NCBI GenBank assembly: GCA_905178155.1
Contig: CAJINV010000018.1
Coordinates: 130,479-194,478, forward strand
Direction: 5' to 3'
Origin: Amoebophrya sp. A120
Taxonomy: Eukaryota; Protista; Dinoflagellata
DNA: 64,000 nucleotides
Below are positions 1 through 12,500 of the stretch, one piece after another. Position 1 is the first letter of the stretch. Every line of letters starts with the position of its first letter. A model generated the notes under the pieces. It saw only the letters and a program-made list of their open reading frames with translations. It made no database searches and was not told the origin of the DNA. The translations under genes were made by a program, and so were the position numbers.

Positions 1-582
1 TCCGAGAATGTCAGTGTGTTTTTGCTCGTTGTACTCAAACATCAATTGGGAGTGAGGCCACCACGCATTGCCGGCGTCGTCTTTCTTTTCCTTGCTCTGG
101 CCCGGAATCGGGTTCTCTTGCTGGTCAATCGCGAAGAATTCCTCCTTGATTTCGACTTTGAAGAGGTTTTGGAAATGCTCAGGTAGCACATAATCGACCA
201 GTTTGTTCATCCCCTCCGTCGGGTCCTGTTGGTTCCAATCATGCCTGCCCCTAAGTTCGTGCCAATTCGCCTTCCGCATGACATAATATAGAAGCGCTTC
301 TACTCCTTGCTGTCGGTTGTAAATTGACAAATTGTTGTTGCTCTGTCCTCGACCGCCCGACCCAGCGACGGCACGGAAAAAGGGGCACCATTGTCTGAGT
401 TTCTCGTTATCTTCCGGGGTACGTTGCTGAAAATTACTACCGGAACTCGCGCTCAGTCCTCGCAGCTCCTGCTCTCGCTGCGCGCACTCCGCCTCGGCCA
501 TCTCGTACACAGAGGGAATGTAGAGCAAACTCTGCGACAGACTGATCATCCAGCACAGGTTCGAGGGATTGTGAATACCGAC
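1..582 (-). other. USP/UCH (peptidase C19) catalytic domain, N-terminal half, within the giant gene
   Basis: The spliced frame reads VGIHNPSNLCWMISLSQSLLYIP (Cys box; Cys codon 553-555) and later HDWNQQDPTEGMNKLVDYVL (QQD box). The His box would lie beyond the window edge. This exon is missing from the ORF track. Confidence 0.75.
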
Positions 583-3500
583 CGCGGGCTGCGAGGAGCT
601 GGAGCGACTAGATGATCCCGAGGAAGTATCCCACGAAGAAACTGTTTCACTGTGATGATCTTGCACGAACCGCATCACAAGTTTGCTACACATGACACAG
701 AAAATTTGCCATGCGCGTTCCCCAAGGAAAACCACGCTTGCAAATCCAATGTCTTGCAGGTGTAGCAAGACAAATAGTTCTGTGCTCCATTTTCTGCATC
801 ACAAGTTCGCAGTGAAGCAGTTTTTTCTTGCGATAGGAAGTGCTGTCGCCGCTGCTTTGTCGAAACAGACGCGGTTGCTTCCACAGCTGCTCTATCAAAT
901 GAAAAAATGTCTGGGTCTGAAAGAATGCAACTTGTGATGCTGCATTTGGATTCCAGAAAAATCTGTATTGCATGAGTACCAAAAGGAATGTAATTTTTGC
1001 TACGCGGAGACGGCATCTGTCATGCGGAATAGGCATCAAGAAGCTCTCGAAAAATCTGTGATGCTAGGGCATGCATCACAGACATCAGGGCTCACGCAAA
1101 ACGTGCATGACAAGTGTCACGATCTTCCAGACCCAGACATTTTTACATTTGATATGCTCTAAAGTCGGCTCTTGTCCAGGGAAGGATCGCACCAGCGCAG
1201 CCCAGGGCTCGCTTCCTCTGCTGTCGTTCTCGCTAAAGTGACTTGCCCCGCTAGCTTTTTGAATCTCGCTTAGCTGGCTGTTCTTCTGCGTGAGCGAATC
1301 CTGCAACATTCGTGCCCACACGTGCAAATGATTCTCCAGAACCGCCTTTGCTGTTGTCGTCACGGCGTCCACGTGCTCGCGTTGCTGGATACTTGCAGCT
1401 GGGTCGTAGCCTTCAGCGGCAAAAGGCTTCAGTTCTTCAGCTCCTGTAAAGTCAGTGTAGGCACTTATTGCCTTCTTCTGCTCTCCCTCTTGTACCCACC
1501 GTACAGTCATCTCATGCAGCCATTTGTAGTCTGTCGCTTCAAACGGACTTCCCGGTCCTGCCATCCAGCTTTTTAACAATATCGCCAAGTTCCGTCCCGC
1601 GGTGAGTTTTTCTTGACTGGCCTCTGCCTCCTCCCTCGCGTCCTGGATTGCTTGAATTTCGTCTTGCAACCTTCGCATTTCCGCCTGCAGCTTCGTTCGT
1701 TCCATCTCGTTCTTTTGGTTTTTAGAACCAAGCTTCCCACTGCGCAAGGCTTCCAGCTCGGAAAGCAACCGGGCCAAGTTCAGCATGGATTCTTCGCGAT
1801 CGCCCAAGTACTTTTCCAGCGTCTGCAGCTTCTCCGCCGAGTACCCTCTGTTCCGTTGCTTCCTCGACCCGGGGGCCGCTTCGTACGCGCTTCGGATGTC
1901 CTTCAGGAACTGCTGCAGCTCACTGGTGAGCTCTTTATCCAGCTGAGTGCTGTAGACTTGCTTCTCCGTGTAGATGTAGTCGAGCAGTTGTCCCACAGCC
2001 GTCAAAAGCGAAGCTTCGTTCGGACTCAGGCCGTGGTCGTTTCCATTTCTTGGCCCGCCACCACCGCCGACGTTGGTCTGAACAACCGCGCCCTTCTTCG
2101 TTTTCACGCTGAGTCCGATGCTGTGCCGCTTGTCCTTCAACAGCACCGCCAACGCGAGCAACTTCCGGAGAGAGTGCGTGGTTACTTTCTGCAACACGTA
2201 GTTGTCCAGTCGCTGCACCGCTGCGTTCGCCGTGTTGCGGACCACGTTGCTCGAGGCAGTGTTGTATGCATTGCAAATATGTCTAGGGTCTGGAAACTTG
2301 GAACTTGTGATGCTGCGTTTGGATTCCAAAAAAATTTGTATTGCATGAGCAGCAAGGGGAGCGCATTTTTTGCTACTTACGCGGAGAGGGCATTTGCCAT
2401 TCGGAATAGGCATTAAGAATCCCTCAAAAAGTCTGTGATGCTAGGGCATACATCACAGACATCACGCATCATGCAAAACGCGCATGACGAGTCTCAGAAT
2501 CTCTCTTTCAGACCCAGACACTTCTGCATTTGATATGTTGTAGACTTGCGCTAAATTCGTCAACTCGTTTGACAACGTTTTCTCGATCTCTCGACGAATT
2601 TGCTGCCCGTGCCCGTCGGAGCAATTTTTCTGTTTATCTTCCAGCAAAACCTGGAGCATGATGTCCAGCAGCAGGTTTTGGGACAAAAACCCATTCCCCC
2701 GCAACACCTGCTCCAACCGCGTGTCCAGTTGGATCACCTCCTGGGCGACCAAAGTCCCCGATTTGACGAGCTGCTTCGCCGCGGTTTCTTTCGGGAGGTC
2801 GACAAACTCCTCCAGATCTTCGTCGTACAAGACAAGCGGGTTCGGAGCCGAGTGGATCGCCGAGCCGATGTTGATCACCTTTTCTTGCATCGGGTCGGCG
2901 GCGGTTTCCTTCCCCAATTTCGACTTTTTGTACAGGTTGTTCAGCAAATGAATGTTGTTCGACTTGATCAAATGGTACTGAATCAGCTGCCGTTCAAACA
3001 AAAACGCGATGTTTTCTTCCTTGAACAGCAGCTTGTCCCCCGGCCGAACGAACTTCAGCGCTTTCGCGGCCCCGGGGTGCGCGTACCCCCGCGGGCAGCC
3101 CTCCCTCGATTTCGTCCGCGCAAACAACAGAAAATCTCGCACGTACTTCTGCTTCCTGTCCATGCCGATCTGGTTCTCCACCTCGTTGCAACGGACCACC
3201 TCGGGCACGGCGATGACTCCGAAATCCGCCAGCAGCGTCATCCACGCCTTGTAAGCGTCGAAGAAAATGCGTAGACCCTTACGGTGGTTCCGCAAGTTCC
3301 GTTTCTGGTTCTCGGTCGCGATGAAGTTCCGCACGAAGAACAGACACCGTTCCGAGCCACAGCCGGTATCCAGAAACGGATTCTCGAAGAACAGTTCGAT
3401 GAACACGTGCGTTCGGTTATCCTGAGCAAAAACGTCCCCATCCCAGAATTGTGATGCAAATCCGCATGCTCGAAATATTTCTCACGCGGAGCCCCATGAG

Positions 3501-6500
3501 AAGCGTTTTCTAGTCGCGTTTTGGAATTTGTCATGCTAGAACCAACATGATATGCCAGGTCTGTGATGTTGCTGAGCTACCTACTTAAACAGAATTACAC
3601 TACGAGGAGAAACTTGTCATGCAAAACAACCCAAGCTGGCTGATTTGTCTAGCAGATTTCCCATCTTGACTCTGGTGTGGGGACGTTTTTCCTCAGGATA
3701 CCGGTGGCGTCTGTTGTAGCCAGAGCTGTCGTCGTGGCCGGCGAACACGGAACAGAGCTGGTGCTTGAAGATCGCATCCTTGTCCGCCGCTTCCAGCACA
3801 GCGAGAACTTCTTTGTTTTGGTATTGTGAGGAAAAACATCATCCCCACCCCAGACAGACTTGTCATGCAAATTTGCATGCCAAAAAAGTTTCTCATGCGG
3901 AGCCCCATGCGAAGCATTTCCTTGTCGTGTTTTGGAGTTTGTGATGCTCAAAGCAGCATGATCTGCTAGATCTGTGATGCTGCTGGAGCTTGCTAAACAG
4001 GATTACACTACGGGGCCAAATTTGTCATGCGAAACGACCAAAGCTGGTTGATTTGTCTAGCAGATTTCCCATCTTGGCTCTGGTGTGGGGATGTTTTTAC
4101 ATAGGATATTTGGTTCTTGTCTACTTTCTTGTAGTACGACAACATGTAGTCAAACGTTTCCATCAATTTCCGCCTTTCCGTCATCACAATCGGGTACAGC
4201 ACCCGCAGGTCCCGGTCAATCCGGAAGTACTGCAGGTGGTCCTGGCCCCAGGTTTGGTTTTTATGAACTGCAAAAGCATCGTACTCGTATAAATGCATTA
4301 CAAATTTTCTCAGCATGAAAAATAAAATTTGTAATGCGGATTTACCTTAAGACAAAGATTTGTAATGCTAGACTTGCATTTATACGAGTACGATACTTTT
4401 GCACGGGATAGTTTTCTCGCTTCGCCAACTGCCGGACGAAATTCACCGCTTTGCCGTTCGACGTCTATCAAGTTTAAAAATGTCTGGGTCTGGAAGAATG
4501 CAACTTGTGATGCTGCATTAAGATTCCAAAAAAATCTGTATTGCATGAGTACCAAAGGGAATGCAATTTTTGCTACGCTGAGAAGGCATTTGTCATGCGG
4601 AATAGGCGTCAAGAAGCCTTCAAAAAATTTGTATTGCTAGGGTATGCATCACAGACATCATGGGTCATGCAAAACGTGCATGACAAATCTCGCATTCTTC
4701 CAGACCCAGACATTTTTACATTTGATAACATCAGAAACTTCCCAAACTGGAAGTCCTTTTCCATCAACCCCACGGACCCGACAAAGCCCTCGATGTTCTC
4801 GATCATCCATTTGATGCCCTCGAGTTTCATCTGCCGTGCCTTCCAGAAGGAGGACTGCTCAAACTTCTGCTTCACGAGATTCAACCGTTTTTCCGCCCGG
4901 GTCCTGACCGCCGGGTCGACGTTCGCCTGCTTTATCAAAGTGAAAAATCCCCCCACCCCATACTCAAACTAGAAACTTGTGATGCGGATTTGTGGTCACA
5001 AATCAGCTTTGTCATGCTAGAAGGGAAAAGATGCGGACTGAGGTGCTGGCTGGCGTGGGAAAGCCTTGCATCTTCAGCATGACAGGGGGCAGCTGGAAGT
5101 GGGAAACAGCATGACAAATTGGTTGCAAACGAGGCCACAGCTGCGTCTCTTGGCCTTTTAGAATTACAAGTCGACTTGTGTACTCAAATACAGCATCACA
5201 AATTTCGTTTTCGATATGGGGAGGGGGGATTTTTCCTTTTGATATGCTTCAGCGTCTCCACATCCGCGTTCAAAACCGGGGAATAGATCTCGTGCGCTCT
5301 GTATCGCAAGAAAAAACTGTTTCACTGTGAACTTGTGATGCAGAAAATGGAACACAGAAGTGTTTTGTCTTGCTACACCTGCAAGACATTGCATTTTCAA
5401 GCGTGTTTTCCATTAGGAAGCACGCATGCCAAGTTTTCTCTGTCATGTGTAACAAACTTGTGATGCAGATCTTGCAAAATTATTACAGTGAAATAGTTTT
5501 TTCGTGGGATACTCTGCGGTCGGTCACCTCCCGGACATCCTCCAGCAGCTGCTCCTCCCGCTTCAGCCGCTCGCGGGCACGTATCAACGCCTCCTTCAAA
5601 TAGTCCTTCATCATCTGCCGCGGCGCTTCCTCGAAGATGCTGGTCCAGAACCCGCGGTTGCGCAATTCCAAGGTCGCCCGCTGATACAGCGCCGCCTCGC
5701 AGTGGTGCGGGTACTTCCGAATGATCTCCTCGTAGACCCGATCCTGGATGTCAGTAGTCAACACCTCCAGCGGCGTGTTGTTTGTGCCCTTCTCGTAAGC
5801 GTTGGAACCAAGTAAACCGGCCAGCGCCAGCAGCTGACTGGGCCCCTTGATCCAGCCCTCGAAGTTTCCGCTGGCGATCTTGGTGTCGAATTCGTGCCAG
5901 ATGCGGCGGGAGAGAAGCCCGTATTCCTGGATCAGGGTCTGATACAAATCCTTGAACGCCTCCTCGAATCCGGCCCGGGAATTTGCCCTGCCTTCCTCCC
6001 CCTCGCCCTCCTCGCCGGAGCCAGCCAAGCTGTTCAGCACTTCGTCGTTATGAATTGCAAATATCCCTGGATGTCTGGAAAGGTTGGAACTTGTCATGGT
6101 AAATCTGAATCATGCAAAACTCTGTATTGCATGACTACCAAAAGCCGCCCACTTTCGACCAAGTTGAGAGGGAGTTTCTCATGCAGGAACAAAGGCATGA
6201 TCGAGATCTCAAAGAATCTGTTATGCTGGGTCTCGCATTCCAGACCCCATGGGTCATGGAAAACCTGCATCACAAATCTTGCATTCTTCCAGACCCAGAC
6301 ACTTTTACATTTGATAGTCGTTCATGTGCTTCAATTCCATGTCGTTCAGCCAAAAATATGCGAGAAAAAAAGTTCGTCACGATCACTCATGCGCATTTTC
6401 GCAATACAAAATTTTCTGTCATGCGTAAAAATGCATCACAGCCAAACTTCCTATAGGGATTTCCCTAGCGTTTCTACAATACAGAGGAAACTTGTGATGC

Positions 6501-9500
6501 TAAAAAATTTGTATTGCAAAACCCGCAAGTTAGTGACAGTGACAAGCTTTTTTCTCTCCATAAAAAAGCGAACATGTTCAACAAGTTGTGCTTTTGCAGC
6601 TCGATGTACTTTTCCATTTTGGCCCCGGACCGGGCGAATAAGCCGTGCGCCAGGTCAAAGCCCTGCACCCGCTCCCTCATATCCCACAGAAAAAGACAGA
6701 CAGGGCAACGTCGGCATACTTGTAATTATGCAAAAACGAATTTACAGAAAACTTTCACTTTGCCATGTGCGGGCCCATAGTGTGCAGCGTAAGATACGAA
6801 GTGCAGTAGATTTTGTTGTGTATTCATTTTTGCATTACAAATACTCTCGCCTTCCCTGTCCTCTTTTTCATCTGTTGGATAACTCAGAGAGGAAACCAAC
6901 ACCCCGTAGTCAGCCATAAACCGTTGGAACAAAGCTTGTTCCATCTCGATTTTTGGAATCGACGTCTGCTGGAACGCGACGAGGGATTGGAAGGATTCGT
7001 TATCCCGTCTGTATTCCACCTCCGCCTGGTCGATGGGCGACCGGTAGTAGTTAAACTCCTCGCAGGATAATGCGGCACTACCAGGGTTCGGACCACCACC
7101 GCCGCCAGCCTTACACGGACGAGAAACAACCGAAGTGGTGGCTTGCTGCAGCATGGAAAGTTTGTAGTTCTTCTCGTCGCGAAGCCATTTTAGCTTTTCC
7201 AGGTCTGTCCGCAAATTGTGCATGGTTTGCTCATCTTTAGTGAGCTCGTTCCCGCTAGAAAACTTGGCTTTGAGGAAGTTGGAGTCGAGATCGAACTGCT
7301 TCTTCAACCAATCCACCTTGTCGAAAAACTCGGTGTGCAATTCGCGGACGAGCGCTTGCAGCATCTTCACCGGATTCTTCTCACTTTCCGCATTCTCGCG
7401 CTTGAACAGGTTCCAGGGCAATAATTCCTGGTAGTTCTTTTCCAAATTTTCATTTTCGCTGAGGCGGTACTCGCGCCACAGCCCGGTTAGCAGTTCGTCA
7501 AACGGGAGGTCTTCGGCTGGTGGAGAGGACAAAGCGTCTTGCTCCTCAGATTCATCAGCAGGTTCTTCGCCCGCCTCAGTTGCAGCCGCAGCCGCAGCCG
7601 CAGCTTTAGCCCTTTCCGCGGCCTCGAATTGGTCGAAAATTTGTCGCTTCTTCTGCCTCTCTTCAAAATCCTCGGACAGCTCGAAAGTAGCCGGCAAATT
7701 ATGCGCTTCTAGCAACCGCTTCAGCTCGCCCTGCGGCCTCCTTCCGCCTCGGCTGAAAGATTTTTCTTCTCCTTTCTCGTAGAAGCCCCGCTCCTTGTCT
7801 TTCTTCAGCCTAGCAATTACCGTCAGCAATTTCTTCGCCGCTGCCACATCGTTTTGGAATTTTTCATTCTTTTCCTTCGCATCGGCTGTTTCCAAGTAGT
7901 ACAACTCCGCGTTGAGCTTTTTCTCCACAGCTCTGCGCAGTTCTTTTTCCTTTTTGGCTTTTTCCTTTTCGGCTTCGTCCATTTTGGCTTCGTCCTTTTC
8001 GTTGCCACCAAGGGGGGAGTATGCACTGCCAAAAGTTTATCGTACTACATAGTCACGTAATTCTTGCACGACATTTATTTCTTTTGAATCTACTTCAGTA
8101 GCAATGGTGGACTTTGCGATCATGCTGATTTAGCTTTGAGCAGAAATCTGCTAACTCATGCAAGACTTCTGCAATTACTACGAGCACGTTATTATAATTC
8201 TTGCTTGCAGTGGATAGCCAAGCTACTTTCACCCGCTCCTCCCAGCGCATCATCTGAAAACTCTCCATGGAGCCACGCTGAAAGCTGGTGGCGTATTCCG
8301 GCGCGGCAATGGCGATTCTGGCCTCTTTCGTCAAAAATTGGTTTTCGATCACCTTGCAGAGTTTGTCGTCTTCACTGCCCTCGGCCCGCGTTTTCGCAGA
8401 AGACCAGCTATGCACGGAAGACTGCGCGCCGGAGGTCGTGTAACCCTTTTCCGCGTTGACCATTCTCTGCTGCAATTTCTCTCGCAAATCTTTGAACCGC
8501 TGCGAAGGCTTTGCAAGGAACTTCCCGCCCTGCTGTCCATTGTGGTCGAAATCGCCAAGAAAAGCGATAACCTGTTTCATCGTCAAGCGCCACTGGAATT
8601 CGTGCGGGTTGAAGGATTGCAAATATTTCTCCCACTCTGGCTGTGTTTTGACCAGGACAGCCCTACGTGCTGCTACTTTGCCTACCATGCTTTTGAAGAT
8701 ACTTTTTTCTGCTGTAGCTGGGTTATTTTTCATCTCCTGCTCAGAGTGCTCGAAGTCTTCCAGTACGTCAATGGCGAAAGTCTTCAAATAAAGTTTTGAC
8801 TCACGGGGTTGTGCCACCTGCCTTGCCCGCAACATTGCCGCAGAATCAGGGCCGCAGCCGTTCTTTTGATCGTACCGTCGGTTCAGCGAATCGATGATAT
8901 CGGAGTCCGTAAACTGCTTCGGGGAAACGAGGCTTGCAGAATCGCTTTCGTCTTCGGAAGGTGCAAACTGCCGGTCGCTCGGCAGCCCGAGATGTCGCGG
9001 AATAAATCTTTTCGGCCAGCTGATGACGTTCAACATCTTTTTCGCCTTGTTTTCTCTCCAGAAAGAGTCGTGCAAATCCTCGAGTTGCTTGTTATTCATA
9101 GGTGGAGAGGAAGAACCGTACTCTTTTTTCTTCGCTTCCTCACCGACGTACTTATTAACGAGGCCTGCCAATTCCTCTGCTAATTGCTTGGCTATGCTTT
9201 CCTGGTACATCTCCAACTTGCTTCTTATGTCCTTTTCCTTCTCTGCGATTTCCCCGTTTAACTTATCAATTTCCTCGTTCAATTGTTGCTGCTCCTTTCC
9301 GGAGGTTTTTGTCACCATGTACGCATATCCCACAGAAAAAAACTGGCAGGTCATATTTGTAATGCAAAAATAACCAGACAGAAAAAATTGTATTGCATAT
9401 CCGAAGCAGCATGCTATGAGGCCGCCCATGACAGATCTTTCTGTGTATTTATTTTTGCATTACACATATGTCCTGCCAGCTTTTTTCTGTGGGATAACGC

Positions 9501-12500
9501 AATCTGCTTCTTCGGCTTGCCATCGTTGTTGAACTCCGAGAGGTCGTACCCGACCTGCTGCCGCCTCCAGTCAAACACATACATCTATTGTGAGGAAAAA
9601 TCCCCCCTCCCCATATCGAAAGCGGAATTTGTGTTGCTGTATTTGAGTACACAAATCACATCTGTCTTGCTGGAGAGGACTGCAGACCCATATCAAGCCT
9701 GAGCAGAGAGGCTTTGACTTAGGCGCTTAGCATGAAAAGCGTCGGAGAAGTTTGCTCAACAGCATGAAAAACCGCCTCCATAATGGGACGGAAGCTGCTG
9801 CCCTTGTCTTCTTGCAACACAGACGTGATTTGTGACCTCAAATCAGCAACACAAATTTTTGAAAACCTACCTCTTCAATATGGGGAGGGGGGATTTTTCC
9901 TTGCGATAACATCCCCGACCCCGGCCTGCCGCACCTGGCCGTCCGGCCAAACGCCTGCTCTTCCACGCGCTTGCCACCCCGATCCGCGGGGAGGAAGCCA
10001 ACTAGGACAAACAAACCGTAGTTGTTTTCCACCACCGGTGTGATGCCCAGATCCATCCCGCGCCCACCGATGTTCGTGGTAACGAGAATTTCACCGGGTT
10101 GCATCTTCTTTTCCTCGAGCGGGTTCCCGGTGTAGACTCGGTCGAACTTGTAGAACTTCGGCTGCAGCGTATCACAGTGAAAAATGCCCCCACCCCCAAA
10201 GTTGCAAAAATTTGTGATGCGAAGTTTCCAAATGAAAACTTTTTGTCATGCATGAAAGGAGTATGATGAATCTTTCTGATGCAGAGTCTAGACGTGTATC
10301 GCATCGCATGCACGACAAGCGCCGCTCTTGCTGGGGTCTTTTGCAATACAAATTTTTGCTACAATTCACGATCGGAAACCTGTGATGCTGATAGATGCAA
10401 GAGGGCGAGTGTTTCATTTGGAAAGGTTTGCAATACAAATGCTCCCAAGTTCGGAGGTGAGGGCATTTTTCATTGGAATACACCGCCTCCCGCAACTGCG
10501 GGTGGGCGGAAAGTGCGTCGTAGAGCGTCGACACGTCCTTTATCCAGGAAAAAAACTGCGTCAGTGTAAGTCTTTTGGGAAAACAGCATCACAAGTTTGT
10601 CTGCCATGACAGGAAAAACTTGTTATGCGCAGATAGGAAGGGAAAACACACAGGAAGCGAGCCGATCATACACGTTAAGCATGACAAGTGTAAACTGTTT
10701 TGCATTTTCTGCATCACAGATTTACACTTACACAGTTTTTTTCTTGCATATCCTTGATGGACTCCACAATGATCAAAGCGGATCTTCTCACATCCCCCAA
10801 ATCCTCTCCGGTGAAGGTGGTTGCGCGCCTCCTTGGATTCGACAAATTCCGCTTCTCCAGTTCGTTCCACTTTTTGAAGCGGAGTTCGAACTTCTGCCTC
10901 TGGTCCCCGGCTTTCACCTCCTTCCCGATCTCCGGACAGGCTTCCAAAACTTCCGGCGACGCGGTCTTCGCTGTCACAATCTGCGACTCATCGTTCATAT
11001 AGGTGGCACAGGCGACTTCGAGGTACTTTTTGTTTCCCTTAATGTACTGTTCCGCGGTCGCCTTCTCGTCCCCGATCTCCCAATATTTCTTCACGCCATG
11101 CTTCGCTCGGTCCCAAAACTTCTGCAGTTTTCCGAATTGCAGCTGTTCCGCCGTCTGCGCGTTCTCGGTGTTCCTCGCTTGTTGGTGGATTTTAGACTGA
11201 AACTCCTTCTCGGACAACTTCCCCGTAACTGCTTCCACCAGAAGGTTCGCCAAGTCCATTTGCGGCTGAACCGCGGGCAAGCCCCGCACGTTCAAATCTG
11301 ACGGGTTACCGGTCGGCTGGCCGGAGGGTTGTAGTTCCTTATCGTCTTTGTCTTTTAACTCTTCGGGCAAATTCGGGTAAGTGTCTTCGTCCCCAAAAGT
11401 CCTCTTCACCAGGGAAATCTCCCGGTTCACGAGAACCTTCAACAACGCGTGAAGGGTTGGGACTTCCTTCAGCAAGCCCTCCTCTAAATTCACGAAGTCC
11501 CTGCGGAGCTTCTTCGCCTCGTACCCCGTGCCGAACAAAGCGTTGATCCCGTAGTTGGTGGAAGCGCAGAGTCCGTCGACGTTCGAAACGTCATCCCCTA
11601 CCACCGCCTTCAGAATCGCTTCCACCTTGTTCAGATTATTCCGCAACGCGGCGTAGTGCATCTTCTCGCTGTCAATCAGCTCCGACAACTGGTTTTGCAA
11701 CCGCATCCCCCGCAGCCGGAACTTCAAAATCCGGTCCTCAAAGTCCGGGTTCAATTTCTCGTTCTTCGCAGGCCGCCGGAGAATCTCCCTCGCAAACGGC
11801 TGCATCGTGTAGATCAAGGCCTCGGCGATCGTGTCGACCCAGATTTGATCCGGAACGGAAAGCTGAATTCCGTGGAAATCGCCCATCTCTTCGCCATTCG
11901 ACTGCTCGAGCGACTGCAGCGCGTAGTTCTCCGCGGCGGAGGAAGATTTTTGCATGTCGGCGGCGATCGCGTCGGAGTCCAAGATCAAACTCGGCATCTG
12001 GTAGTACCGCCTCTGCTCGTAGCGTGGCAATTTGAAGAAGTCCACCTGGTAGATCGACCGCAAAAAGGATTTTTCCTGCCGCCCACCCAAGGTGCCCGTC
12101 ATCCCGAACATCCAGGCGTATTTCTTCAGAAAGCCCATGTTGCTGTCAAAGTACGCTTTTAACCCGAGTGGTTCCAACTTCCCCAAGTGCTTCAACTGCA
12201 AAAACTGGTGCAGACCGTTGGACCACCGGGTCGAGGGGTTCTCCTGGCCCGTGTCCTTCTCCATGGGCAAGACCTTGTCGTTGTACTCGGATCCGGCAAC
12301 CGCCTTCTCCTTTTCCTTCACCTTGTCGTTCGGATTCACAATCATCGGCACTGGGGTGCGGGCGCGCTTCTTGTAGCTGCCGGACACCTTGTCGTACCCC
12401 TTGGTGCTCATGGCCGTCCGCGCGCGGGACAGCTCCTTGTTCAAATCTTCCCGCGTATCCTCTGCAAAAGTATAATCGCACTCGTATTGTTTGCAGAATC

